Origin: Octopus bimaculoides
Taxonomy: Eukaryota
DNA length: 64,000 bases
Assembly (NCBI RefSeq): GCF_001194135.2
Contig: NC_068992.1
Span: 52,273,287-52,337,286, forward strand
Direction of reading: 5' to 3'
Positions 27,016 through 39,550 of the stretch are shown piece after piece. The position numbers and the translations under genes are program-made. A model generated the notes under the pieces. The model was given only the letters and a program-made list of their open reading frames with translations, was not told the origin of the DNA and did no database searches. How positions within the stretch are numbered: position 1 is the first letter of the stretch; each line of letters starts with the position of its first letter.

Positions 27016-27132
27016 CCTATCTATGACTATGTATGCTTTCGTGAGAGCAAGTATTGGTTTATGTTTGCCTACGGATATATTATATGTACCTAAATATGCA
27101 TATGTACGTGTGTGTATAAACACGCACAAACA

Positions 27133-27175
<43 letters not shown>

Positions 27176-28149
27176 ATATATATATATATATATATGAGCA
27201 TGTATTTGTGTATATAGTATTCTCACCATATTAAAAAGACAGCAAGTCATCTTATTGATGATTAAATCCTCTCTGAAGATTAATGACAAACAGGATGATC
27301 ATTTAGATGTGTTTATCTCAATAACACTTTCCTATTTTTATTTCTCAAACCTCATCCATATTTGATTCCTGGCTCTGATTTATTCATATTTCTTCTATTA
27401 CTGTAGACAAACTCCACATCGGTCAACTTGACATTTGTAAGATGAACATTGCATTAATCTTCAGTTTGTATAATACCTAAATCATATTGTATTGCAATTA
27501 ATTGTTATTCAATTTTTTATTTTTAATCCCAACATTTGTATCTTATATATTTTTAGACTTATGTTTTGCCTTTTTTTTTTAAATATGTTTCTATTTAAAA
27601 TTAATAATCTTTCTGATTTATATTTATATTTTATTCCTTAATAATTCCTGCCAGGAACAAACAATGCTTACAAGTTTGAAAGAGTGGATAACATCAAACT
27701 TCAACCAAATTTATGGAATCTATGTTGAAAGAATTGATGAATTGATTGAAACGATGGTGAAATTGGAAGAAACAATTTTCGTTCTTACTGCAGATTGCCT
27801 CAAAACAGAAACTGAGATATTAATGGAAGCGAAGATTTAGATACATGATAAACAACGAAGAATGCTTGGAATACCTTGCCAGTGCAAAAATAACTGGGTA
27901 TTGAAAGGAAAATACGAACAAAAATCAGCATCATTATCATCATCATTGTCATCCTCCTCCTCCTCATACACATCCTCATCCTTATCCTCTGCATCATCAT
28001 CACCATCCTCCTCCTCATCATCATCATCCTCATCATCATCATCATTTCAACATCCCTATTTTCATATTTGAATGGGTCAGAAAATTTTATGATTGACTAT
28101 CTAATATAATATTATTTAATTTACTTTTTATATCTATTGCTTTCAAATT

Positions 28150-28345
28150 TCTGCACAAGGCCAGCAATATCAGGGAAGCGACTAAGTCAGTTACATCGAC
28201 CCTGCTGTTCAACTGGAATGTATTTTATCGACCCTGAAAGAATGAAACAAAAAGTCAACCTCAGTGGAATTTGAACTCAGAATGTGAAGACAGAAGAAAT
28301 GCTACTAAGCATTTTGCTCGGTATGCTAACCATTCAGCCACTTCA
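28150..28345 (-). mobile_element. SINE-C copy
   Basis: ttacatcgaccc..tttatcgaccctgaaag..ggaatttgaactcagaatg. Confidence 0.75.
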
Positions 28346-29070
28346 CTGATTTAATCGTTTTAAAATTTATCAATATTATGGTTATTATACTTCCATTTTT
28401 ACATTTTCCGGTCTTTTAGTCAGTCTTTTTTTCACCCCTGTTCTTGCTGGAATCTCTTTGATTATTCACATTGACATAGGAAGTACTTCTTGACCTACCA
28501 AACATTCAAAGAAACCAAATTTTGAAACCAAGAGACATCAGACAGTAATCACAAACACGTTCAACACCGTAATATTTGATCAAATAAATATATCAAATAA
28601 ACATCTCCACTGTTTTGTCGAATAATCTAGACGTTTATTTGTATCAGTTACATATGTGAGTTAATCGTGCTTCTTTCATTTTCTCTGCCTACTTCGAAAT
28701 CCTGAAACTTTCCAATATCACACAATGATGAATATGATGTTGATGATGTTGATGATGATGATAAAGCCATCACTGCTATTGCTCTCACTGTTGGTGGTAA
28801 AGATGACATCAGGGTCAGTGATGACAAGGAGGAAGAGGAGGAGGAAGTGTCAGGAAAAAAAGATGACAACAGTATCAACTATATTGATAAGGAAAATGAG
28901 GACACTAATGAAGCTATGACAATGATGAGGATGATGATGTTGGTGATGGTGATGATGATGATGATGACGATGAGGAGGAGGAGGGCAATGGTAACGGGGT
29001 GATCAGGACAATGGCTATAATCCTGATGAAAAGGGGAAGGAGAAAGAGTCGGACAACAACAATGACAATT

Positions 29071-29107
<37 letters not shown>

Positions 29108-29575
29108 CGACGACGACGACGACGACGACGACAACAATGACGATGACAGACAGCAACGATGATGATGAGGATGATAATCATCTAATGGATTTATTTAACC
29201 AATCAGTGAGTTCCTACCTCTCCGAGTAATTAATTCAAGGAGGGGGGGGGGAAATAATAAACAAACAAGCAATAACACTATATTAAGCATATACATAAGT
29301 TATATCAAATACTAGCTACGATATGACAAGTAAAAACAGTAAAACAGTAACAATATACCAGCATCCTTCAAACAAAGATGAAATGCCTTAATTACAGTGA
29401 AACAGATGTGCCGAGTTTATTGGAGAATGCCAAAGAACATACAAAACCACTTATTTTCATTTCGTTTCTTTCCATCAATTTTCTTTTCAAATACAGCTTT
29501 TATGTATGTAAAAAATATTCTTAAATTTTCAGTTTCTATGCCAGCATGGAAAGCGGACGTTAAACGATGATGATG

Positions 29576-29619
<44 letters not shown>

Positions 29620-29773
29620 GAAGTATATTTGCCACTTAAATGTAGCTGACCTCTAAGGGTGGATGTTACTGTTGCTTTTAGCCCCGGGAGAACATCTCCT
29701 CCAGCTGGCTATTGACACACATCTGTGTCCTGTCTGTATTTGCAAAGGGAAGTCATCCTTCCCATCTTGATCT

Positions 29774-29832
29774 GCGATACATACGGACTCGAGTTTCTGG
29801 GTATTTACCCGTCCTCAGAATATGACAATCAC
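29774..29832 (-). ncRNA. Type I hammerhead ribozyme motif with intact catalytic core, inside a ~310-bp element (29614-29925)
   Basis: Minus strand gtgat-tgt-catatt CTGAGGA c GGGT-aaat-ACCC a GAAA C-TCGA-G TC cgtatg-t-atcgc; helix III palindrome ACTCGAGT; predicted cleavage 3' of 29786. Confidence 0.8.
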
Positions 29833-30289
29833 CGACCTTCGATGCGAAAAATGTCCCGATACAAATACGTATATACTTTTTCCGGTGAAAATATTCACTG
29901 ATCTCGAAAAAGTGAAAACAATATATATGTTAAATCTCTGAGATTTAACATATGTATATATGTATTCTGTGTGTGTGTATATATATGTATGTCTGCATGT
30001 GTATGTCCCTGTGAGGGAGTTTGTAGTCCTCTAATGTTCATGTGTATTCGCTGTCTGTAAGCAACAGCTAAAATGTCAATAAAGGTGATGTCTCTCCTTT
30101 GCTTACAGTCAAGTGTAAAAGCATGTCCGAGCTTCCTGACATACTGTTACATGTTGTGCCATCTTTGAAAATAAATGGTGGATTTAGAGTTGTTTGTTTC
30201 CACTTTTATTTTCCGTAAGCATAGCCACGCTGTTTGTTGTTTGATAGATTAAGAGATTATTACATTGCTGGGCTGGGGGAAACTGGTGT

Positions 30290-30407
30290 GGGTTGGTAAC
30301 AAGGAAACATATCCGGCCATAGAAAATCTGCCTCGGACATATTTATCTGACTCAACCAAGCATGAGAAATGTAAATATCGATATGACGCTGCTGCTAGTG
30401 CTACTGG

Positions 30408-30446
<39 letters not shown>

Positions 30447-30780
30447 CGATGATGATGATGATGACGACAAAGACGAGGAGGAGGAGGAGGAGGAGGAGGA
30501 GGAGGCAGAAAGAGAATGATGATGGTGATGATGATGATGATGATGATGATGATAGTGTTGGTGGTAGTAATGGAGATGGTGGTTGCTGTTGTTTTTATTG
30601 ATGGTGATAGTAGTGGTGGTGGTGGTGGTGGCGGCGGCGGTGGTGGTAGTGGTGGTGTTGGTGGTGTTGGTGGTGATGATGATGAAGATGATGATGAAGA
30701 TGATGATGATGCTGATAATGATGATGAAGATGATCATGACAATGACAACGAAGATGATGATGATGCTTTTACATCGAATT
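30290..30780 (+). repeat. RTE-type 3' tip followed by a long compound (GAT)/(GAG)/(GGT) trinucleotide tract
   Basis: Read directly; it is the source of low-complexity ORFs. Confidence 0.8.
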
Positions 30781-30951
30781 AATAATCTCAGATAGCTAAA
30801 TAAAACACTCACCTGTATACAACGAAGCTTTAGTGCGAAGCAGAATTTAGGCTAAGTCAAACATGTTTGTCACATATTTCAACTGTTAAAAGGCAAATAC
30901 ACTGCAGTTACCATAGAAAAAAAAGGAAAATCTCTCTCTTACAGTAAAAAG

Positions 30952-31128
30952 GTGTGAAGGCACCTGGTTCATTCAGTGCCGCTATCCATAAGGAATCCCA
31001 GACATCGATGTTTCGAGTTTTTTGACTCTTGTCTGTGAGATGTACCTAAGAGAAGTAACTTTGAATGAACATAATATAAAGTTGTAGCTAATAGATGGTG
31101 ACACAGGATGAACCAGGTGTTTTCACAC
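30952..31128. mobile_element. 177-bp element bounded by ~42-bp imperfect inverted repeats
   Basis: gtgtgaaggcacctggttcat (30952-72) versus the reverse complement of 31108-31128 gtgtgaaaacacctggttcat, 19/21 identical; homology continues about 20 bp inward. Confidence 0.7.
30995..31041 (-). ncRNA. Decayed type I hammerhead motif inside the inverted-repeat element
   Basis: Helix I atctca/tgggat, core CAGACAA (two changes from CTGACGA), helix II GAGT-caaaaa-ACTC, GAAA, 10-bp palindrome ACATCGATGT, GTC triplet. Confidence 0.6.
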
Positions 31129-31420
31129 ATAATTACTATAAGAGTGATATTTTTCTCCACAGTAACTGCAGCTGATTTAAACATTGCTTCACACTAATGT
31201 TCTGTTTTTTAACCTCAATCACACAATCTACTCGTGCAAATTTAGTCAACATGTTGACCGAATTATGTATAAAGCTATGACTTTATTAAGTTCGTTCAGA
31301 GTTGCTTCTTTTAGGCACATTTCATTTTTCGACTAACCTAAATTCTATTCATCTGTATATTTAATTGTGCATCCTTCTTCAACTGCTTATATAAGAGATA
31401 CATAACTGGTTGTCAATATA

Positions 31421-32323
31421 CGATGTCTGATCAATAAGTATCTGGACTGTTGCCATAGTAATGATGCTAAAGCAGGCAGAGTGAAGCTGCTTCGCACAGA
31501 TTGACATTGAACTCTGCTGTGCCCGCACACTAAGTTTTAACGTTCTAGCTGACTTTTGAAGTTTACAGCAGTGCTTGGAAGGAATGTGTGTAGCGTGTGA
31601 AAGTCATATTGACCATGACAGAGAAAGTTGTCATGGCAATACCTGCTAAGAGGCCAACACAAGGTGATAGAAAGTGTATGGAGAGGAGTTTATGAGTTGC
31701 ACACAAGTGTATGAGTGTTTCAAATGTTTCCAAGATGGCCAAAAAATGTCGATATTGACGAGCGTTCTGAGAGACCCACAACCAGCAGAACTAAGAAAAA
31801 CATCGAAAATGTGCATGCAGCTGTGATGGAGAAACTGTTGAATTGCCATCCATGAGTTACTAGAGGATGTGCAGATTAGTTACAGTTCAATTCAGTTCAG
31901 TCAATTATCAATGAAGATTTGGGCATGAGATGGGTGTCTGCCAAGTTTGTGCCAAAACTGCTTCCAGCTGACCAAAAGGACACTTGGGTTTCAGTTGCTC
32001 AAAATCTGCTTGATTGTGTCAAGAAGGCTGAAAACTTGTTGAAAATTTTACGTAGGCCTTTGAGCAGATATTGCCAAGACTTTTGGCAAAATCTGATGCA
32101 GATTCTCTGTTCAGCTTTCTCTGTCATGGTCAATTTAACGATCACATGCTACACACACCTTCCTTCCAAGCATTGCTGTAAACAGCAGAAGTGAGCTAGA
32201 ATGTTAAATCTTAGTACACATGCACAGCAGCGTTCAAGGTCAATCTTTGCTGAGCAGCTTTACTCTGCATGCTTTAGCTTCGTTACTGTGGCAACAGTCC
32301 AGATATTCATTGATCAGACCATG
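31421..32323 (+). mobile_element. Fold-back mariner derivative: 5' half plus an inverted copy of the 5' end
   Basis: TA at 31419-20; ATG 31615; MRWVSAKFVPKLL..ENLLK to about 32045; 32049-32323 is the reverse complement of the 5' end including MTEKAEQRICIRFCQK. Confidence 0.9.
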
Positions 32324-32344
32324 TTTACTCTGCCTAAGGCACGG

Positions 32345-32520
32345 AGCTGCTGGAATCATTAGCATGCTGGGCAAAATACTAAGCAACATTTCATCCCTCG
32401 ATTAAGTTCTGAGTTCAAAATCAGCTGAGGTCGATAAAAGCTGAGTACTGGGGTTGCTGTAATCCACTTATCCCCCCTCCTGAAATTGCTGGCGTTGTTC
32501 CAAAATTTGAAACCAATGCC
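32345..32520 (+). mobile_element. Degenerate SINE-C
   Basis: gagctgctggaatcattagcatgctgggcaaaat..ttctgagttcaaa..gaggtcga. Confidence 0.7.
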
Positions 32521-33487
32521 TATTACACAGTGTAACAATATTTTAATTTTTTTTTTGCTTCTATCTAGAAACCAAGGGAAACGACTACTATTCCCTTCAA
32601 ACTTTGCTTTTGTAACCTGGACATTAATGTTTTGAAACTGACCTATTTTCCATTACATTTCAGACAGCTTCAATGTTGAGTTGCTGAAGCAGAAATATTG
32701 TTATAGCAAATATTCTTCTCAAAACCATAGACTTGCTTGTCATTTGCTTGATCTTAACCACTTGAGCATGTCCCTTAGTAGTTAGCAATATGAACATTTC
32801 TAATCATGAGTCGAAGTAGTGAAGGAGCACCATAGCCAAGGGCTGAGAGAGATTCTTTGGGGTTTGAATAACTGTAACAGAAGCAAAATTTCGAGGAAAC
32901 ATTAGCCATTTTCCATGCTTTTTAGGAAATAGCATTTGTTACCCAAGGACAGAAATCATGTTATACAGTGTTACAAAACTATCTTTGAGCCAAATTCTAT
33001 TTCTTACCAGTTGTATACATTATCACACTCAGGACAATACATGGATATTTCCAGTCCAATATATGCTGTTCTTTTGGAACAAACAAACATCTCTATTTCC
33101 TGTGCTATTTTTTCATAACATGATCTGCCGGCAATTTTATAAACATCCAGATTAATGGATCAAATTGAAACAAAGATGCCCTTACCAGGTGTACTGAAAG
33201 TTTCTTGATTACCTAAAGAAAAATAAATACATTTCATAAGTTTTCTAGTTTGAAACAATCTACTCCATCAGATTCCATTGTTTACAGTTGATATTAAGAA
33301 AGATATCTGTGTGAGAATATTGACACAAAGTCTTCCAGATTGTAAGTATTGATACTATTAATTTATATATGTGTGTGTGTGTGTGTGCATATGTGTGTGT
33401 ATATATGTATATCTATATGTATATATCGACACACACACACACATACATTTGTATGTATGGTGCAGAATCTACAAAAATGTTATTGTG

Positions 33488-33566
<79 letters not shown>

Positions 33567-33960
33567 CATACATATATACAGTGTTTGCTTCAGGTGAAAC
33601 TCAACTTACAGATATATAATTGCTGTCATTTCAACGTTGTTGACTATGTTTCCAAGAAAACCGACATTCATTGATAATAGATCTTACATATGCATACGTT
33701 TGTGTGTATACATGAGCAAATGTGTGCAAGAATACAGACACACACACTCACATATTCCTACATATGCCCATATACATACATATGCATATATACTNNNNNN
33801 NNNNNNNNNNNNNNNNNNNNTATATATATATACATATATATATAGACATATATATATAGACATATATACATACATATATATATGCATATACATAAGTGTG
33901 TGTATATATATGTATATATATAAACATATATATATACATACAAACATATAACCACACATT

Positions 33961-33997
<37 letters not shown>

Positions 33998-34919
33998 CGT
34001 ATACATAGAATAAAACTATAAAGATTGTTTATGAAATATTCAATTACATCATCCTATACCTGTTTCATTAAAATAATTGACAATTTGTTATATAATGTAA
34101 TATAATACAATATTACATATATAATCTATACTGTCATATTAATATATATTCATGAAGCAATTGCACATTTATATTATAAATGTGAATTTCAAACTACTCA
34201 AATCTATAATACACTTAATATATTTACCATACATCTCTATGCACCATACAAATATAATTTACATTGATTCAGAACCATTTATTTTACTGATGTAATTGTG
34301 TGTACGTGTGTATGTGTGTTTGTGTGAACTCCTGTATATGAATTCTTTTTATGTATTTAATAGCCAGAACCATTTATTGTAGGCATATTGCTGAAGCATT
34401 GTTTTATGGCCAAATATCCTTTGGGGAAGTAATTTTTACATCATTTCTAAGGGAGTTTTAGGAGTTTTTAGGAGTTGGTCGTTGTTCAATATTCAATATT
34501 ATGTTACATGTTCGAGGAATATGGACAGAGAAGAGAGGTAACCTTGATTCTTTATTACTTCCTAATATTTGCACAGAAGTTCAGACACAATGTAAACCTT
34601 AACAAGTTTTGTAGGGTTGTTGTCCTCCAACAATCAGCACTTAAGCTTAGCCCTTTATTGCTTATATGACTTCTGTTGTGTGATAATTCTTCTCTAGACG
34701 GTTAATTCCTGCAACTGTAATCACTGGCTTTTCTCACCCCTCTCTCCTAGAGAAATGTTTTACAAACCAATTTATGGGAAAACAGGGCTCCAGAAGATGT
34801 ACAGAAATTGTCCCTTAAAATATGTTATGTGAAACATGATTGGACTTTCAGACCAATTACTATGTAACAGTTAACTAATTGTGACACAGACCTCATAACT
34901 GGCTAAAGACTCATTTTCA

Positions 34920-35224
34920 TGTGCTCTTTTAAAGCCTAGCCAGGCTCATGGGTCCGGTTTCCCGGTTTCTATGGAGTATGTGTTCCCCACCCTAGCTGGA
35001 CGAGATGCCAGTCCATCGCAGCGTTACACAAGAAATAGGAAGAAAGAGCGAGAGAAAGTTGGGGTGAAAGAGTACAACAGGGGTGGCCACTACCCACTGC
35101 CAGAGCCTTGTGAAGCTTTAGGTGTTTTAGCTCAATAAACACACACAACGCCTGGTCTGGGAATTGAAACGCGATCCTCCAACTGCGAGTCCGCTGCCCT
35201 AACCACTGGGCCATTGTGCCCCCA
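34920..35224 (-). mobile_element. OR-type SINE with an alternative 3' module
   Basis: Head and body match 22491-22880 and 48615-48957, but the tail is gtaacgctgcgatggactgg..gggaaaccggacccatgagcctggctagg. Confidence 0.85.
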
Positions 35225-36191
35225 CAAAGACTCATGTGATGGCGCATGTGATGAGTATTTTAGGCAATCAGAACAAATTAGAGTGGTGAGCCAAAAATTA
35301 AATGATCGTTACATATATAAACATAACCATATGGCTTTTTCAATGCAACAACCTAACTTGTTCTCACTACAGGAGTTTCTTATCACGAATCACTTAAATT
35401 TACTTGATGATCCGTTGACCAGGAAATGACACAGGAGAATACTGTCCTTACCTCACACTATCACAGAATTTAAATGCTCTCTCTCTCTCTTTCATACATC
35501 CCCCCTCCACACACACACAGAGTAATAGTATAACTCAAAGAACTACATAAAGGATATAAAAGTAGCATATATATATATTAGACTTAAAACCAGTTTGGAT
35601 CAAAAAAGTTGAAGGCTGCCCATTGGACACAAACCAACATCCCTGTAGACGTGACAGTCATTCTACCATTGAACCAAAGCAATCCTTTGAATTTCTCTAT
35701 AAGGTGCAGGAGTGGCTGTGTTCATATGGTTTATAAGTTGTCTTTTATTGAAATTCTAGGTTTTGTAGGGTTTAGAAAACTCATCTTTAGAAAATTATTG
35801 GTTCCTTAGTTCATGGTGGTTTTCTTCTGTAGATGTCACTTGATAATCCTTCATTAGGATGGCCACATAAAAACCCACCTATGCCAGAGACATGTAAGAA
35901 ATACTCGTACCAGTGCCATATAGAAAAGCACCAGTTGGGGACCACATAAAAATCATTCATATTGGTGCCACATACAAAGGACCCATGTTGGTGGAACATA
36001 TAAAGCAACTTTGCTGATACTCAGAATGGAGACAGTTGGAAGATATATAGTAAAGCATTTCTGCAGGGCAAAGTGAAATGGAATGTCTTACTCAAGAACT
36101 CACTGTGCCATCCAGCCTGGGAATCAAACCCATCATCTAGTAATTCTAAGGGCAACATGCGTTCACCATGAATTACTATTCTGCTGTTATT

Positions 36192-36524
36192 GTGGCTCAG
36201 TGGTTAGAGCATTGAGCTCATAATCATGAGGGGGTGAATTCAATTCCTGGACCAGGTTGTGTGCTGTGTTGTGTTGTGTTTTTGAGCAAGACACTTTACT
36301 TTGTTCCAGTTCACTCATCTGTAGAAATGAGTTGCAATGTCACTGGTGCCAAGCTGTATCAGCCTTTACCTTTCTCTTAGGCAATATCAGTGGCATGGAG
36401 AGGGGAGGCTAGCATGCATAGGTGACTGCAGGTCTACAATAAACAACTTTGTCCAGACTTATGCCTCAGAGGGGAACTTTTTATGTGCAATCCCATGGTC
36501 ATTCATGACCAAAGGGGGTCTTTT
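36192..36524 (+). mobile_element. Near full-length SINE-F (tRNA head, CORE-like body)
   Basis: A box gtggctcagtggttaga, B-box-like gaattcaattcc, ttgagcaagacactttac..gtagaaatgagttgc. Confidence 0.75.
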
Positions 36525-38190
36525 ATAGCAGAAAAAAATCAGAAGCTTCACTAATTATTTAAAATAGAGAGGATGTAAATGAGCAAATTTTTGTAGCCTT
36601 CTTAGCAATCTAACATTCTAGAAATAAAATTGTAATAATTTAGAAATAAATTTTTCATTACCAAAATGTTTTTCATTACCACTTCACTAAACTCTGTATA
36701 TAGCTATTTTATAGTAGATATATTAGCAATATTCTACTTGGGAAAAAAGACTGCGAGCTGGCAGAATTGTTACCAAGCCAGAAAAAGTACTTAGCAACAC
36801 TTCTGACTTTATATGTTAAGTTCAAGTGCTACTAAAGTTGACTTTGCCTTTCATCCTTTTGGGGTTAATAAAATAAGTGCCACTGGGTGCAATGCTATTG
36901 ACTTAACTCTTCCCTCAAATTTGCAGTCCATGTGTCAAAATTTGAAGCATATATATTCTATTTGCAAGAAAAAAGAATGCATATGCACACAATGTTAGAA
37001 TAACTGATGGCTACCTTACCCAATATCATTCTTATAACTTAACTGCTATCACCATTTTATTGAAAAGCAAAGAAGGCAATTTATGTATATGCCTTGTTAG
37101 TTGAGGTAGTGCGACTACATTTCACAACTCCATTATATAGCTCTTATGAGAGAGAAAAAAGAAACGAAAAACATAGCCTTAACTTCACATCTCCACTTGT
37201 GCATCACCTAAGGGAGATAGTGTAGCTGATAAGCGAAAATCAAAAAATTTCTTGAATTGAGAATACACAAGGTAACAAAGAAACTAATAATAGATAATAA
37301 TCTGCCTACTTTGAGAGTCAAATCATGTTCATCTTGAACAGCAAGCGTTTTTATGACTTATTGAATATTGTGATTGCTAATGTTACTTAACACCTTGCCA
37401 TCGTTTTCTTAAAAACAACTTGCGTCCAAATCATATGATTCTTTTCTTATAACAAATCCACTTCTGCAATACTATGCTAACAAGATTAACTTTACCAATT
37501 CTTGTTCAATTATACTTCTACAGCTAACCAAACACTGACAAAACATTGCAAATACTATCTCCATTTTTGTGATATCTCAAGTAAAAAAAAGCATTCTTTT
37601 CTTTCATTTAACTATTGTTGTAGTTACATCTGGTATAATGGAACATTTTGTAAATAAAATATTAGTTTCAATAAATTTGGTCATTAGCTCTTAGTTTTTT
37701 AATATAATATTTCAATTGATATACTATCTTCATCATTATCATCATTGTCATCACCATTGTCATCGTCATCCTCCTCATCATCATCTTGTAAGGTCTATCT
37801 TTCATTCTGGTGTGGTTTGGAAGATTGGAAGGGATCTTACAGGTTCAGATTCTGCATTATGTTGTAATGTTTGCTTTGGCATTTACAGCTGGATGTTCTT
37901 CTGAACACTAATGTCATTATAAAAATGTGCTAAATGCTGTGGTCGTGGCACCAACAGAGAAAGTAAGGCACCTTGGAAGACTAAATTCCTCTTCAAATGA
38001 GTTGGACTAGAGTAAATAGAAAGATGGATTTTTGGTAGGAGACAAAAGGTTAAAGTATGGAAAAATGGACCAGAACAGAACAGGATTTGTTGTGGAAGAT
38101 TTAAAGAGTTACATGTCAACCCACATTTAGAAGAATGGATGGGAGTCCCAAAAGTGAAGCTGGAAAGAGAGATAAAATAGCTATGGTTTC

Positions 38191-38424
38191 TTATTTCTTT
38201 ATTGCCCACAAGGGGCTAAACATAGAGGGGACAAACAAGGACAGACAAAGGGATTAAGTCGATTACATCGACCCAGTGTGTAACTGGTACTTATTTTATT
38301 GACCCCCCCGAAAAGATGAAAGGCTAAGTCGACCTCGGCGGAATTTGAACTCAGAATGTAAAGACAGACAAAATACTGCCAAGCATTTCACCCGACGTGC
38401 TAACATTTCTGGCAGCTTGCTGCC
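38191..38424 (-). mobile_element. Full-length SINE-C with 24-bp target-site duplication
   Basis: agagataaaatagctatggtttct at 38168-38191 and 38438-38461. Confidence 0.9.
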
Positions 38425-38490
38425 AGAAACCATAGCAAGAGATAAAATAGCTATGGTTTCTATCATCAATATTCTTAATGCATTTAAAGT

Positions 38491-38700
38491 GGTGAGCTGA
38501 GAAAATTATTAGCACACTGGGCAAAATGCTTAATAGTATTTTAACCATCTTTTATGTTCTGAGTTCAAATTCCACTGAGGTCGACTTCGCCTTTCATCCT
38601 TTTGCGGTCAATAAAATGAGTACCAGTTTGACACTGGGGACAGTGTAATCAACTTACCCTTTCCTTAAACTTGCTGGCCTTGTGAAAAAATTTGAAATCA
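38491..38700 (+). mobile_element. SINE-C, inverted relative to its neighbour
   Basis: ggtgagctg..ttctgagttcaaattccactgaggtcgacttcgcctttcatcc..gagtaccagt. Confidence 0.8.
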
Positions 38701-39550
38701 ATATTCTTAAAGCTTTTAGAAGAGTTTATATGGTAAGGTAAAGTTTGAGGAAAATATTATTCATAAATTTTCATGAAAGTGAAAGAAACAGTAACTTTTC
38801 AAATCATGAAATTAATTCAGCAGAGTAAAATGGAGATCTTCAAATAATCATTAAGGAAGAATTTTTAATATATAGTCAACAAATGATATAATATTATAGA
38901 ATAATTCAATATTATTTTAAGAAGGAGACTGGTAATTAGTTCTCACTTGTGTCAAATCATCTGTTTCTTGAGACTAACCAGCAGCATTTGTTTAGCTTGT
39001 TGAGTCCAGACTTGCCCAACCTAACCAATCGACTTGCCACCTATTTTATGATTGCACACAATGCAAATTCTTTTCATATATGAGCTTCATTTATACAAAG
39101 ACAGAATTAATTTAATTTTACACAGAGACAGAATTAATTTAATTAATTTAATATATGAGCCTCATTTACACTAAGACAGAATTTAATTTAATGACTCTAC
39201 ATTATATAGTGTGTTTCATAGTTGTGATTGCAGGTATGATTCCATTGCATGGTACCCTAGTAAAATATCCTATGCTATAGCCTTGAGCTACCTATACCTT
39301 TGAGCAACGATACTTTTGAGTGACTCAATGGTATTGAATGACACTGGTACTTGGAAACTATATAGAAGTCCATCATGCATATACATGTATATGTGAGTGT
39401 GTGTGTAAATATTCATGTTTCTGTGTCTTAACACAACACTACTGAAATAGCTGTGATGTCATGTTTACATCTCCTGTAGACAATACATGTTGTATCAAGG
39501 TGGTTTTGATGCAGCATGCATAAAAATCATTCTAGCCACAGAATTATGCC

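Noticed and set aside
37102-37110. let-7-like TGAGGTAGT in a small hairpin
   Set aside because: Only 9 nt match and the hairpin is far too short for a pre-miRNA.
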